Part shown: positions 23,527-24,077 of the stretch, piece by piece
Layout: the number at the start of each line of letters is the position of its first letter
How positions within the stretch are numbered: position 1 is the first letter of the stretch
Virus record (IMG/VR): IMGVR_UViG_3300018089_000005
Span: 1-24,077 of that record
Reading direction: 5' to 3' (one strand)
Length of the DNA stretch: 24,077 nt
Source: a virus
Taxonomy: Duplodnaviria > Caudoviricetes
Translations under genes and position numbers: made by a program
Notes under the pieces: generated by a model
What the model saw: only the letters and a program-made list of their open reading frames with translations
Database searches by the model: none
Told to the model about the DNA's origin: nothing

Positions 23527-23899
23527 TGGCTATCTCTCGTTGTCGTTCAGTGGACAATACACCAGCAGACAAGGCAGAGACGTATGCCTTGCAGATGTCA
23601 AGGAACTTGTCAGCCGCGATTCCTTTACTCCTAAGCTGCGTTCCTGGAATGTGAAAATCAATAAGTTCACCCAGGATTAAGTCTTTGTTTATGAACGATT
23701 TTAGCGCCTGCGCGCCGATGTAATCACCCAGGTTGCTTGCGTCGATGTTTGCGATTGATTTTACAGAAGCGCGGAGGCTTATTACACGTTCCCTTGTGTC
23801 CAAGACATAGCAATCAACAGAGCTATCGCCAAGCATCAGTTCCCCGCGATATTTCGCGAATGGAGAAGGAGGAAATTCAGCGTTGTGGTCATCTGACAT
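23501..23899 (-). pseudogene. Truncated P63C-family gene (N-terminal half), integron-cassette-like
   Basis: GEL.LG...VDCYVLD..ERVIS...G..A..F.DICKAY..A...G.L...Q..IA..C.IL stops where the family continues into GIIALVDEATG. No such continuation in any minus frame. Confidence 0.72.
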
Positions 23900-23917
23900 A
23901 AGTTATTGCTCCGTTAA

Positions 23918-24040
23918 ACCTAACGCATCAGCTCAGCCGCCGGCCCGGCGCTGTGCGTGACAGGAGAGCAGCGCGTGAACAAGCCACGGACCGAGAAAAC
24001 CGCCGCTTCAGGGCCGGTCGGCTGCAGCGCCTTGTTAGCG
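23918..24040 (-). mobile_element. Integron attC site (123 bp)
   Basis: Minus strand R'' CGCTAAC-AAGGC-L'' GCTGCAGC-CGACCGGCCC...GGGCCGGCG-L' GCTGAGC-TGATGC-R' GTTAGGT, with unpaired extra bases on the L'' arm. RBS and ATG follow immediately. Confidence 0.88.
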
Positions 24041-24077
24041 CTCCGTTCGTCAGGGTACACCCCGGGACTGCGCTCAG

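Overview
Positions ~1-23.5 kb are the early region of a temperate (lambdoid-organised) phage or prophage, probably proteobacterial. A divergent switch (cI-like 13122-13598 / cro 13638-13850) has clear sigma70 promoters and operator-like repeats. The leftward operon encodes a Sak4-like ATPase, DUF669 SSB, Cas4-like exonuclease, orphan NrdJb, a lysozyme C-lobe, MT-A70 methyltransferase, RadD-like helicase, DHFR and DUF5131. It ends in a tandem array of antirepressor units (Rha, Bro-N remnant, AntA/B) that share one promoter/hairpin leader. The rightward operon encodes a PduL-like protein, a Prim-Pol/helicase followed by an AT-rich origin candidate and four extra copies of the primase's C-terminal winged helix, a GH73 hydrolase, a resolvase, dUTPase and a Q-like regulator. 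Two miniature gene-less IS200/IS605-type elements (reRNA/omegaRNA-like) sit exactly in front of RTGAA start codons. At the right end the phage DNA abuts a truncated P63C-type gene that follows an integron attC site. No integrase or virion genes are visible. All protein calls come from motif recognition by eye, not database searches.
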